Source: Opitutia bacterium KCR 482 (lineage in GTDB: Bacteria; Verrucomicrobiota; Verrucomicrobiia; Opitutales; Intestinicryptomonadaceae). Taken from it: DNA of 32,000 bases. The stretch spans positions 1,320,001 through 1,352,000 of the forward strand of contig CP149973.1 of the NCBI GenBank assembly GCA_029269845.2, read 5' to 3'. Shown in pieces: positions 18,087-26,558 of the stretch; within the stretch, counting starts at the first letter, position 1; the number at the start of each line of letters is the position of its first letter. Both the position numbers and the translations under genes were made by a program. Below the pieces are notes generated by a model, which saw nothing but the letters and a program-made list of their open reading frames with translations, had not been told where the DNA came from and made no database searches.

Positions 18087-18308
18087 ATGCCAATCTACGA
18101 ATACAAGTGCAAAAAATGCGGCGAAAGCTTCGAAGCCCTCGTCCGCGGAACGCAAAAACCCGCATGCCCCAAATGCGGGTCGAAGAACCTTTCGAAGCTC
18201 GTGTCGGGCTTTGCGGTGTCGGTAAAATCGTCGGCGGCGTGCAAACATTCGGGCGGCGGCGGACACTCGCACGGCTGCTGCTGCGGACACTGCGGCTGCG
18301 GACACTAA
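18087..18308 (+). CDS. FmdB-family zinc-ribbon protein (CxxC_CxxC_SSSS type) with a Cys/His/Gly-rich tail
   Basis: MPIYEYKCKKCGESFE...CPKCGS is the family signature. The C-terminal tail is CKHSGGGGHSHGCCCGHCGCGH. Confidence 0.85.
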   Translation: MPIYEYKCKKCGESFEALVRGTQKPACPKCGSKNLSKLVSGFAVSVKSSAACKHSGGGGHSHGCCCGHCGCGH

Positions 18309-18328
18309 GCCCAAACACCCGCCGCGCA

Positions 18329-19270
18329 ATGCCGAAACTTTCCGACATCGTTCCCGCGCTTGCCGCCGCCGCGATTGCGACGGCCGGGCTTTGCTCGTGC
18401 TCGTCGGGCGACGCACCGCGCCCCGACAGGTCGGAATACGCCTACACGCTGTCGCAGAAAAAACTTCTCGACATCATCGAGGAGCAGGACAGGTTTTTCG
18501 AGCGCATAAGGGGAAAATCGCGCATGAGCCGCTCCGACGCGCTGTCGCTCAAAAGCAAAATCGACGCGCTTTGGGCGGAATATCTGGCTGAGTTTCCCGA
18601 CGACGTGGACGCGCTTGTGCTCAACGGAAAATTCCTCCGCGCCACGGGCGACGACGAGCTTTCGTACAAGCAGTTTTCGCATGCCGACGCGCTGTCGCCG
18701 AACCTGCCCGTCGTAAAACAGCAGCTTGCAAACTACGAAGCCGAACACGGGCTTGCGAAACACGCGTACGACAATATCCGCGCGGCGGTGTCGCTCGCGC
18801 CCGAAAATTCCGTCTACCGACTGCAACTCGCGCAGCTGATTCTATTCTTCCGCGAGGAGCTTATCGCAAAACACGGATTTTCGCAAGCCGCGCTCGACGC
18901 CGAGCTTTCGCAGTCCTACGCGCGCGCGGCTGAGCTTGAACCCGAAAACGGGGAAATCCGCAAAAAATACGCGCTCTCTTTCTACGACCTCGGCAGAGCG
19001 GACTGGAACGAAGCCCTGCGCCAGTGGGAGATTGTGCTTGAAAAATTTTCGCCCCTCAACATAGACAAACAAACCGCAAAGGCAAACAGGGCGCGGGTAC
19101 TCGTCGAGCTTGGGCGCGATGCCGAGGCGCGGGAAGCTCTCAAAACAATCGACGCGCCAGCCCTCCAAGCCGACAAACGCAAACTTATCGAAATCATAGA
19201 CTCCGCAAAAAACGGCGCGGAGCAAACCAAGACGGAAAGCGACTTTCAATGGACCTTCTTTCGGAAATAA
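18329..19270 (+). CDS. TPR-like helical-repeat lipoprotein
   Basis: The ATG at 18329 gives MPKLSDIVPALAAAAIATAGLCSCSS, a signal peptide with a Cys-containing lipobox-like end. The remainder is helical repeats with TPR-like A/L/Y/P spacing. The 86 upstream codons in the track overlap the FmdB gene and were rejected. Confidence 0.6.
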   Translation: MPKLSDIVPALAAAAIATAGLCSCSSGDAPRPDRSEYAYTLSQKKLLDIIEEQDRFFERIRGKSRMSRSDALSLKSKIDALWAEYLAEFPDDVDALVLNGKFLRATGDDELSYKQFSHADALSPNLPVVKQQLANYEAEHGLAKHAYDNIRAAVSLAPENSVYRLQLAQLILFFREELIAKHGFSQAALDAELSQSYARAAELEPENGEIRKKYALSFYDLGRADWNEALRQWEIVLEKFSPLNIDKQTAKANRARVLVELGRDAEAREALKTIDAPALQADKRKLIEIIDSAKNGAEQTKTESDFQWTFFRK

Positions 19271-19914
19271 GAACGGGCGGAATCCTCTACATTCTGCTTC
19301 TTATTGCAATCACCATGCACGAATACGGGCACGCAATCGTTGCCGACAAGCTCGGCGACAGGCTTCCGCGCATGGACGGGCGCACGACGCTCAACCCGAT
19401 TGTGCACATGGACATGCTGGGAACCGTAATCCTGCCGATTCTTACAATCGCGCTTACTATGCGAAGCGGCTTCCCGATGGTCTTCGGCTGGGGAAAGCCT
19501 GTGCGGATTATGCTCGACAACCCCGCGACGCGCAAACGCGTAGACTTCCTTTCGACGCTCGGCGGGGTATCGATGAACCTTGTTTTGGCGGGCGTGTCGG
19601 CGGCGTTGCTTGCGGCGTTCGAAATCGCGAAACTCCCCGATTTTGCGGAGGTCGCCGCGCTTTCGATTTACGTCAACTGCGTGCTTTTCGTCATAAACAT
19701 GATTCCCGTGCCGCCGCTCGACGGCAGCGTATTTTTGCGCCGTTTCACGAACATTTCGGAGGAGACGCTCGCGGCGGTGTCGCGCTGGGGAATCGTGATT
19801 CTGCTCGTTCTGCTGAACGTGCCGCTTACGTCGAAAATCATAATGTCGGCGGTCGGATACCTCGCCGCGCTGTTTTTCGCGGGGGCGTCGCTTGCAATTT
19901 CAATCTTCAAATAA
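19249..19914 (+). CDS. Peptidase M50 (site-2 protease family) integral membrane metalloprotease
   Basis: HEYGH (HExxH) in the first TM helix and NMIPVPPLDGS (NxxPxxxLDG) in a later helix, with multiple TM segments. The start overlaps the TPR gene by 22 nt. Confidence 0.85.
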   Translation: MDLLSEIRTGGILYILLLIAITMHEYGHAIVADKLGDRLPRMDGRTTLNPIVHMDMLGTVILPILTIALTMRSGFPMVFGWGKPVRIMLDNPATRKRVDFLSTLGGVSMNLVLAGVSAALLAAFEIAKLPDFAEVAALSIYVNCVLFVINMIPVPPLDGSVFLRRFTNISEETLAAVSRWGIVILLVLLNVPLTSKIIMSAVGYLAALFFAGASLAISIFK

Positions 19915-19915
19915 C

Positions 19916-20182
19916 ATGCCGATTTACAAATACGCAACAATAGAGGCGGACGGCTCGGACGGCGAAATTTTCGAGGTCGAACAGTCCATCTCGTCGAAGC
20001 CGATAACAAAGCACCCCGAAAACGGCAAGCCCGTCAGGAGGATTTTCGACAAGCCCAACATCAATATAGAATATACCGCAGGCAAAGAGAAATCGCTTTC
20101 CGACATGGGGCGCATACGCGCCGCGGGCTTCCGCGTGCTGAAAAAAGACAAAATTTCGGGCAAATACTACGAGGAAAAATAG
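19916..20182 (+). CDS. Small FmdB-like protein lacking all four zinc-ribbon cysteines
   Basis: The ATG at 19916 lies 1 nt after the M50 stop. MPIYKYATIEADGSDGEIFEVEQ...KHPENGKPVRRIF aligns to the MPIYEY-CxxC...CPxCG pattern, with the Cys residues replaced. Confidence 0.6.
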   Translation: MPIYKYATIEADGSDGEIFEVEQSISSKPITKHPENGKPVRRIFDKPNINIEYTAGKEKSLSDMGRIRAAGFRVLKKDKISGKYYEEK

Positions 20183-20267
20183 CCCCGACTTTCGCCGCGC
20201 AAGACGCCGCGACAGCTGGAAGCCGAGCCCCGACAAGCCCAGCCCTTCGCCGCGCCGCCGCAAATTC

Positions 20268-20311
20268 CCCAATATTGGGTTGACAAGTCGCGCCGCCGTG
20301 ATTGAAAAATT
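20268..20311 (+). promoter_or_regulatory. Perfect 12-bp palindrome abutting a consensus -35 hexamer (candidate regulated promoter)
   Basis: CCCAATATTGGG (20268-20279) is immediately followed by TTGACA (20280-20285). Only a weak -10 candidate follows (TGAAAA/AAAAAT around 20303-20310). It lies upstream of the signal-peptide ORF and secA. Confidence 0.3.
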
Positions 20312-20317
20312 ACAGAA

Positions 20318-20710
20318 ATGAAATCCGCATTTGCCGCACTGTTTTTCCTGCTGTCGGGAATATATTTCCTGACGGGCGCGGCATTGTGCAACCCCGCCAC
20401 GGCAAGCTCCGCGCCGCAGTCGGACTCGGCGTTCGTCCTTTCGTCCGAAGCGGGCGAGCTACACGCCGTAGCTCCGATAGTAAACTATTCCGTGCCCGAC
20501 AAACTGAGGGGCAAAAGGCGCGACGTCTTGGGAGACTCTTCGCTTGCGTCGGCTTTCGTTTTATGCGCGCTGACCGCGGTAATTTCGGCGGCGTTTTACA
20601 AAATATTTCTGTCGGCGGCGGCGCATGCCCAAACGCGCCTGTCGAAATCCCCGAATGCGAACATTCCGTTGGACGCGTTCAGAACGCGCCCGTTCGCGCT
20701 GCTAATCTGA
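20318..20710 (+). CDS. 130-aa hypothetical exported/membrane protein immediately upstream of secA
   Basis: N-terminal signal-like MKSAFAALFFLLSGIYFLTGAALC, a second hydrophobic segment SLASAFVLCALTAVISAAFYKIF, and the C-terminus ...NIPLDAFRTRPFALLI*. Codon usage (tcg/gcg/ctg-rich) matches the genome. The competing frame (20302-20715) is Arg-rich junk. Confidence 0.55.
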   Translation: MKSAFAALFFLLSGIYFLTGAALCNPATASSAPQSDSAFVLSSEAGELHAVAPIVNYSVPDKLRGKRRDVLGDSSLASAFVLCALTAVISAAFYKIFLSAAAHAQTRLSKSPNANIPLDAFRTRPFALLI

Positions 20711-20711
20711 A

Positions 20712-20800
20712 TTAGTTTGCAAGCCCACGCACTCGCTCCGCATCGGCGGAGCTTGGCACAAATGCTGGCGCATTCCGCCCGCGCAACACTTGCAAACTAA
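20712..20800 (+). promoter_or_regulatory. Structured leader that sequesters the secA translation-initiation region
   Basis: A 12-bp perfect inverted repeat, TTAGTTTGCAAG (20712-20723) / CTTGCAAACTAA (20789-20800), encloses a 7-bp hairpin GCTCCGC-ATCG-GCGGAGC (20735-20752) and a GGCG/CGCC hairpin (20767-20779). The right arm ends 4 nt before the secA ATG. Confidence 0.55.
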
Positions 20801-20804
20801 AAAA

Positions 20805-23579
20805 ATGGCAAACATTACATCGCTGTTCGCGCGGTTGAAAAACGCGAATTTCATGCGCAAAACGGCAAAAATTATCCGCAACATAGAGCGGTTCGAAAAA
20901 CAATACGCGGCTTTCGGAAAGCCCGACCTCCCCGCGAAGACGGGGGAATTCAGGCGCAGAATCGCGGGCGGCGAACGTCTTGAAAAAATCCTGCCCGAAG
21001 CGTTCGCGCTCGCGCGGACGGCGGCGCGGCTGATTTCGGGCGAAAGCTTTTCGGTCTGCGGACGCGAAGAAAAATGGGACATGGTGCATTACCGCGTCCA
21101 GTTGCAGGCGGGCATTGCGCTCGCCCGAAACTCCGTCTGCGAAATCGCGACGGGCGAGGGCAAAACGCTAATCGCAACTCTCCCCGCGTTCGTCTACGCG
21201 CTTTTCGGCAGGGGCTGCCACATCGCGACGGTCAACGAATACCTTGCGCGGCGCGACTGCGAGTGGATGCGCCCGCTCTACTCCGCTCTCGGGCTTTCGT
21301 GCGATTTCGTCTACGCGGGGCAGTCGGCGGAGGACAAAAAACGCGCCTACTTGGCAGACATAACCTACGGCACTGCCGCCGAATTCGGCTTCGACTATTT
21401 GCGCGACAACTCCACGACCCAATCCGCCGGCGAAAAGGTGCAGCGCGGATTCTTCTACTGCCTTGTCGACGAGGCCGACTCCGTACTTGTGGACGAAGCC
21501 CGCACGCCGCTCATAATTTCGGGCGGCGACGACGAAGCCTCGGAAAACCCCTTCGAAAAAATCCTGCCGAAAATACGCGCGCTCGTCGCCGAGCAGAACA
21601 AGCTATGCGGGGCAATCGCAGGCGAAGTCCTCGCAAAAATCACGAAAGCGGGCGCGTTCGACGAGTCCGACTTGGGGAAAATCGCGCAGGTAAAATACGG
21701 TGCGCCGCGCAACAAAATGCTCAAACGCATTCTAAAAACGGGGCTTGCCAATGTCGCGCTCGAAAAGCTCCAAACCGCGCTCGACACGAACTTGGGCGAA
21801 TTCAAAAAGCGCGAAATCTCCGAAGGGCTGTTCTACTGCGTTGACGAAAAAAACAACACAGCCTCCCTCACGAAAAATGGGCAGGATTTCCTCGAACCCG
21901 ACAACCCCGACGCTTTCACATTCCCCGACGCCGAAGCGAGGCTGCGGGCAATCGACGCCGACGCGTCGCTTTCGCCCGCCGAAAAGGCGGCGCGGAAATC
22001 CGAAACCGCCGAAGCCGTCTCGAAGACGGCGGAACGCCTGCAACTCGTCTCGCAGCTGCTCCGCGCGTTCTCGCTCTACGAGCGCGACGTAGACTACATT
22101 GTCCGCAACGGGAAAATCGAAATAGTAGACCCCAACACGGGCAGAGTCATGGAGGGACGCCGTTGGAGCGACGGGCTCCATCAGGCGGTGGAGGCCAAGG
22201 AGGGGCTGAAAATCGGCGCGGAAAACATCACCTACGCCACGGTTTCAATCCAAAACTATTTCCGCATGTACGCGTACCTTTCGGGCATGACTGGCACGGC
22301 GTCGGAGCTTTCCGAAGAATTCGCCGAAACCTACAAAATGTCCGCGCTCGAAATTCCGCCGAACAAGCCCTGCGTGCGAATCGACAACCCCGACATCGTT
22401 TTCCTAACGCGGGCGGAAAAATTCGCGCGGATTGTCGAAACCGTAAAATCGGTGCGGGCGCAGGGACGCCCCGTGCTCGTGGGAACGTCGAGCGTGGAGG
22501 AATCCGAAACGCTTTCGCGCATGCTGAAAATTGCGGGCGTACCCCACAACCTGCTCAACGCAAAGCACGACGCCCGCGAGGCGGAGCTTGTTGCGCGCGC
22601 GGGCGGGCGCGGCATGATTACGATAGCAACCAACATGGCGGGGCGCGGCACCGAAATCAAACTCGGCGACGGCGTAAACGAGCTTGGCGGACTTTTCGTG
22701 ATAGCCTCCGAGCACAACTACTCGCGGCGAATAGACAGGCAGCTCATGGGCAGATGCGCCCGGCAGGGCGACAACGGGCAGACGCAGTTCATCGTCAGCT
22801 TGGAGGACGAAATTTTCCGCAAGTACGCCGACGTTTCGCCATTCCAGAACGCGCTTCAAAAAAGGCACCGCAAGGGCGTGCCGTTCTACCACCCGCTCTT
22901 TGCGCGGCTCGTCGAAAAGACGCAGGACAAATTGGAGGGCGACTACTCCGCCGCCCGCAAAAACATGCTTCGCTTCGACAATCCCGCCAACAAACAGCGA
23001 GCCGCCACATACGCCGCGCGCGACGAAATACTCTCAGACGAACAGCTCGGCGCGTTCATGTCCGACGCCCTGCGCCGCGCGGTATCCGACGCCGTTTTTG
23101 AGGCGCTCCCCGCCGAAGACATGGACATTTCCGACGCCGACATCGCGGCTCTCGAAATCTCCCTGCGCTCCGGGTTCGCGTTCGCCGCGGACGCGTTCGA
23201 ATTCGGAGTCCGGCGAAAGGCGGACATCGCCGAAACGCTCGCAAGTCGGGCGGAGGAGTCGCTCGAAAAATCGCTCGAAATTTTCGGCGCGGAAAACGCG
23301 CTTAAAATCAAACGCTACGCCGCGCTGTCCGCGCTCGACTCGGCTTGGCGCGACCACCTTGCGCGGCTCGAAAACCTGCGCGAGGCAATCTACCTGCGCG
23401 GCTACGCCCAGAAAGACCCCTACTGCGAATTCGAGCGCGAGGCGTTCGACTCGTTCACGGAATTCTGGGGCGGTTTCAGAAAGTCGCTGTTCGGGCGCAT
23501 AAAGCGGTTCGCCGACAACGCGGCGGCGGCAATCCCCGACTCTACCTCGCGCGAACGCCGAAAGAGCCTTGTGCGCTGA
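20805..23579 (+). CDS. secA: Preprotein translocase ATPase SecA
   Basis: Motifs EIATGEGKTL (Walker A), LVDEADSVLVDEARTPLIISG (DEAD/Walker B), GMTGTA, TNMAGRGTEI and GRCARQGD. The track start at 20790 is TTG inside the hairpin arm, so I prefer the ATG at 20805 (MANITS...). No C-terminal Cys-rich zinc tail is visible. Confidence 0.95.
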   Translation: MANITSLFARLKNANFMRKTAKIIRNIERFEKQYAAFGKPDLPAKTGEFRRRIAGGERLEKILPEAFALARTAARLISGESFSVCGREEKWDMVHYRVQLQAGIALARNSVCEIATGEGKTLIATLPAFVYALFGRGCHIATVNEYLARRDCEWMRPLYSALGLSCDFVYAGQSAEDKKRAYLADITYGTAAEFGFDYLRDNSTTQSAGEKVQRGFFYCLVDEADSVLVDEARTPLIISGGDDEASENPFEKILPKIRALVAEQNKLCGAIAGEVLAKITKAGAFDESDLGKIAQVKYGAPRNKMLKRILKTGLANVALEKLQTALDTNLGEFKKREISEGLFYCVDEKNNTASLTKNGQDFLEPDNPDAFTFPDAEARLRAIDADASLSPAEKAARKSETAEAVSKTAERLQLVSQLLRAFSLYERDVDYIVRNGKIEIVDPNTGRVMEGRRWSDGLHQAVEAKEGLKIGAENITYATVSIQNYFRMYAYLSGMTGTASELSEEFAETYKMSALEIPPNKPCVRIDNPDIVFLTRAEKFARIVETVKSVRAQGRPVLVGTSSVEESETLSRMLKIAGVPHNLLNAKHDAREAELVARAGGRGMITIATNMAGRGTEIKLGDGVNELGGLFVIASEHNYSRRIDRQLMGRCARQGDNGQTQFIVSLEDEIFRKYADVSPFQNALQKRHRKGVPFYHPLFARLVEKTQDKLEGDYSAARKNMLRFDNPANKQRAATYAARDEILSDEQLGAFMSDALRRAVSDAVFEALPAEDMDISDADIAALEISLRSGFAFAADAFEFGVRRKADIAETLASRAEESLEKSLEIFGAENALKIKRYAALSALDSAWRDHLARLENLREAIYLRGYAQKDPYCEFEREAFDSFTEFWGGFRKSLFGRIKRFADNAAAAIPDSTSRERRKSLVR

Positions 23580-23630
23580 CGCATTTCAACCCCAAAAACG
23601 AAACTACAACAATACAAAAAAGGAAACAAA

Positions 23631-23798
23631 ATGAACATTCTTGCAGGCGCAGTCCCGCTCAACATGACGCTATCGCAAATGGCGTCGTTTTGCGGAGTGG
23701 GATTTTTAATAGTAATGGTTATTCTATCAGTACTTGCAATGTGCACTACGATAATCGGAAAGTTTTTCGAGTCGATAGACAACAAAAACAAGCAATAG
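23631..23798 (+). CDS. oadG: OadG-like small membrane subunit of a Na+-translocating decarboxylase (55 aa; below the ORF-track cutoff)
   Basis: The ATG at 23631 follows AAGGAAACAAA. The product is MNILAGAVPLNMTLSQMASFCGVGFLIVMVILSVLAMCTTIIGKFFESIDNKNKQ*. A single TM helix, the small size and the position directly upstream of the beta subunit all fit OadG. Confidence 0.55.
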   Translation: MNILAGAVPLNMTLSQMASFCGVGFLIVMVILSVLAMCTTIIGKFFESIDNKNKQ

Positions 23799-23831
23799 AG
23801 CGCAACAAAAAGTTAATGGGAAAGAATTATT

Positions 23832-25412
<1,581 letters not shown>

Positions 25413-25424
25413 ATTGACACGCGC

Positions 25425-25462
25425 CCGCCGATATTCGATTTTTCCACTTCAAATATCGGCGG
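25425..25462 (+). other. Intergenic stem-loop between oadB and the DUF2062 gene
   Basis: CCGCCGATATTCGA (25425-25438) / TCAAATATCGGCGG (25449-25462): a 14-bp stem with one mismatch and a 10-nt loop. No U-run follows, so it is not a canonical terminator. Confidence 0.5.
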
Positions 25463-25493
25463 CTTGCCGCAAAGTCAAACGGGAGAAACACTC

Positions 25494-25985
25494 TTGAAAA
25501 GATACATAAAAAGGAAATACCTCCAACTCTACCGCAAAATCGTGCACGAAAAGGCGTCGCCCGAATACATCGCGCGCGGCTGGGCGGTGGGAATGTTTTT
25601 CGGCTGCCTGCTGCCGTTCGGCGTGCAGCTTTTCTTCTCCGTGCCCGCGGCGTTTCTGCTGCGCGGGAGCAAAATCGGGGCGGTCGTGGGAACGTTCATC
25701 ACAAACCACTTCACGATTTTCCTGATTTACCCGCTGCAATGCTATTTCGGCTCGATGCTGATCGGCAACCCGCTTTCGTACGGCGACATCACAAGCGCGA
25801 TGTCGGAAGTTCTCGACAAGCAGGATTGGAACTCGCTGCTCGCGCTCGGCGGAAACCTCGTTGCGGCTTTCTTTGCGGGAGGCTTCGTGTTCGCGGCGGC
25901 GACGACGCCGATTACATACTTCGGCATAAAAAAGCTCGTCGAAAAATACAGAAACAAAAACGCAAAGCAGGCGGCGGCAAAATAA
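25494..25985 (+). CDS. DUF2062-family membrane protein
   Basis: KASPEYIARGWAVGMFFGCLLPFGVQ...FITNHFTIFLIYPLQ is the typical DUF2062 pattern. There is no ATG near the N-terminus. The TTG at 25494 has a GGGAG RBS 8 nt upstream, and the track's TTG at 25464 abuts the hairpin. Confidence 0.75.
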   Translation: MKRYIKRKYLQLYRKIVHEKASPEYIARGWAVGMFFGCLLPFGVQLFFSVPAAFLLRGSKIGAVVGTFITNHFTIFLIYPLQCYFGSMLIGNPLSYGDITSAMSEVLDKQDWNSLLALGGNLVAAFFAGGFVFAAATTPITYFGIKKLVEKYRNKNAKQAAAK

Positions 25986-26028
25986 CCGCGCAAAGCCAAG
26001 GCGTTGAAAAAGGCAATTTCCGGACAAT

Positions 26029-26059
26029 TCCCGACGGCAAAAGCTGTCGGGATTTTTTG
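26029..26059 (+). terminator. Rho-independent terminator ending the secA-oadGB-DUF2062 transcription unit
   Basis: A 10-bp stem TCCCGACGGC / GCTGTCGGGA (26029-26052, one G-U pair) with an AAAA loop, followed by T6 (26053-26058). Confidence 0.8.
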
Positions 26060-26193
26060 TGCTGCGGGGGAAATCCGCCCCGTCCTGTTTGCCTATTCCT
26101 ACCGCGCGGAAACGCCGCAAAAGAGCGCGGCAAACTTCACCCCACATCAAAAAAAACGTCGGCGCAAACTTGCAAAACCGCCGCGCAAAGACA

Positions 26194-26217
26194 CAAAAAA
26201 ACACCCGATTTCGGGCG
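26194..26217 (-). terminator. Probable terminator of the small minus-strand gene
   Basis: On the minus RNA, CGCCCG-AAAT-CGGGUG (26202-26217) is followed by U-rich sequence (complement of 26194-26201). It starts 13 nt after the stop. Confidence 0.5.
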
Positions 26218-26229
26218 TTTCATTTGTTT

Positions 26230-26454
26230 TTATTTCGACTCCGCGCGGTGTGCGGCGCGCCACTTTTCGCGATGGTTCATAATCCAATCGAGAAGGGCTC
26301 TGTCGTAGCCGATGTCATGCCCCGCCTTTTCGGATTCGAGCCATTTGTGTTTGAGAATTTCCTCGCGCTCCGCGAGAAATTCGCGGTAAACGCTCGAACG
26401 GCGCAACGACGTATCGTCGGGAGTAGTCGATTTCAGCCTTGTTCGTTTGGTCAT
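26230..26454 (-). CDS. Small conserved hypothetical protein (74 aa) with an HKW-x-ESEKAG-x-DIG motif
   Basis: The ATG at 26454 gives MTKRTRLKSTT...EILKHKWLESEKAGHDIGYDRALLDWIMNHREKW. I recognise the motif as a recurrent small domain but cannot name the family. The track's 36 upstream codons were rejected. Confidence 0.55.
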   Translation of the reverse strand: MTKRTRLKSTTPDDTSLRRSSVYREFLAEREEILKHKWLESEKAGHDIGYDRALLDWIMNHREKWRAAHRAESK

Positions 26455-26536
26455 AAATTGGGGTGTCCTATAATCCTTGTTGTAGGCAAGAGTGTGCCAC
26501 GCCCGCCCCCGACTGCAAGCAAATTCTAACGCCGAG

Positions 26537-26556
26537 AAAAACCGCCGACTGCGGCG
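26537..26556 (-). terminator. Weak terminator after the GH5 gene
   Basis: On the minus RNA, CGCCG-CAGU-CGGCG (26543-26556) is followed by U5 (complement of 26537-26541). It begins 2 nt after the GH5 stop. Confidence 0.4.
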
Positions 26557-26558
26557 AA

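Noticed and set aside
18071-18328. 86-codon N-terminal extension of the TPR lipoprotein ORF
   Set aside because: It overlaps the FmdB zinc-ribbon gene out of frame. The signal peptide begins at the ATG at 18329.
20302-20715. 137-aa alternative-frame ORF upstream of secA
   Set aside because: The translation is Arg/Gly-rich with no hydrophobic pattern. The 20318 frame has genome-like codon usage and a signal-peptide/TM architecture.
26004-26282. 92-aa plus-strand ORF in the DUF2062 / small-gene intergenic region
   Set aside because: It starts at TTG and reads straight through two terminator hairpins (26029-26059 and 26202-26217). Its Lys/Arg-rich tail comes from A-runs, so it is not credible as coding.
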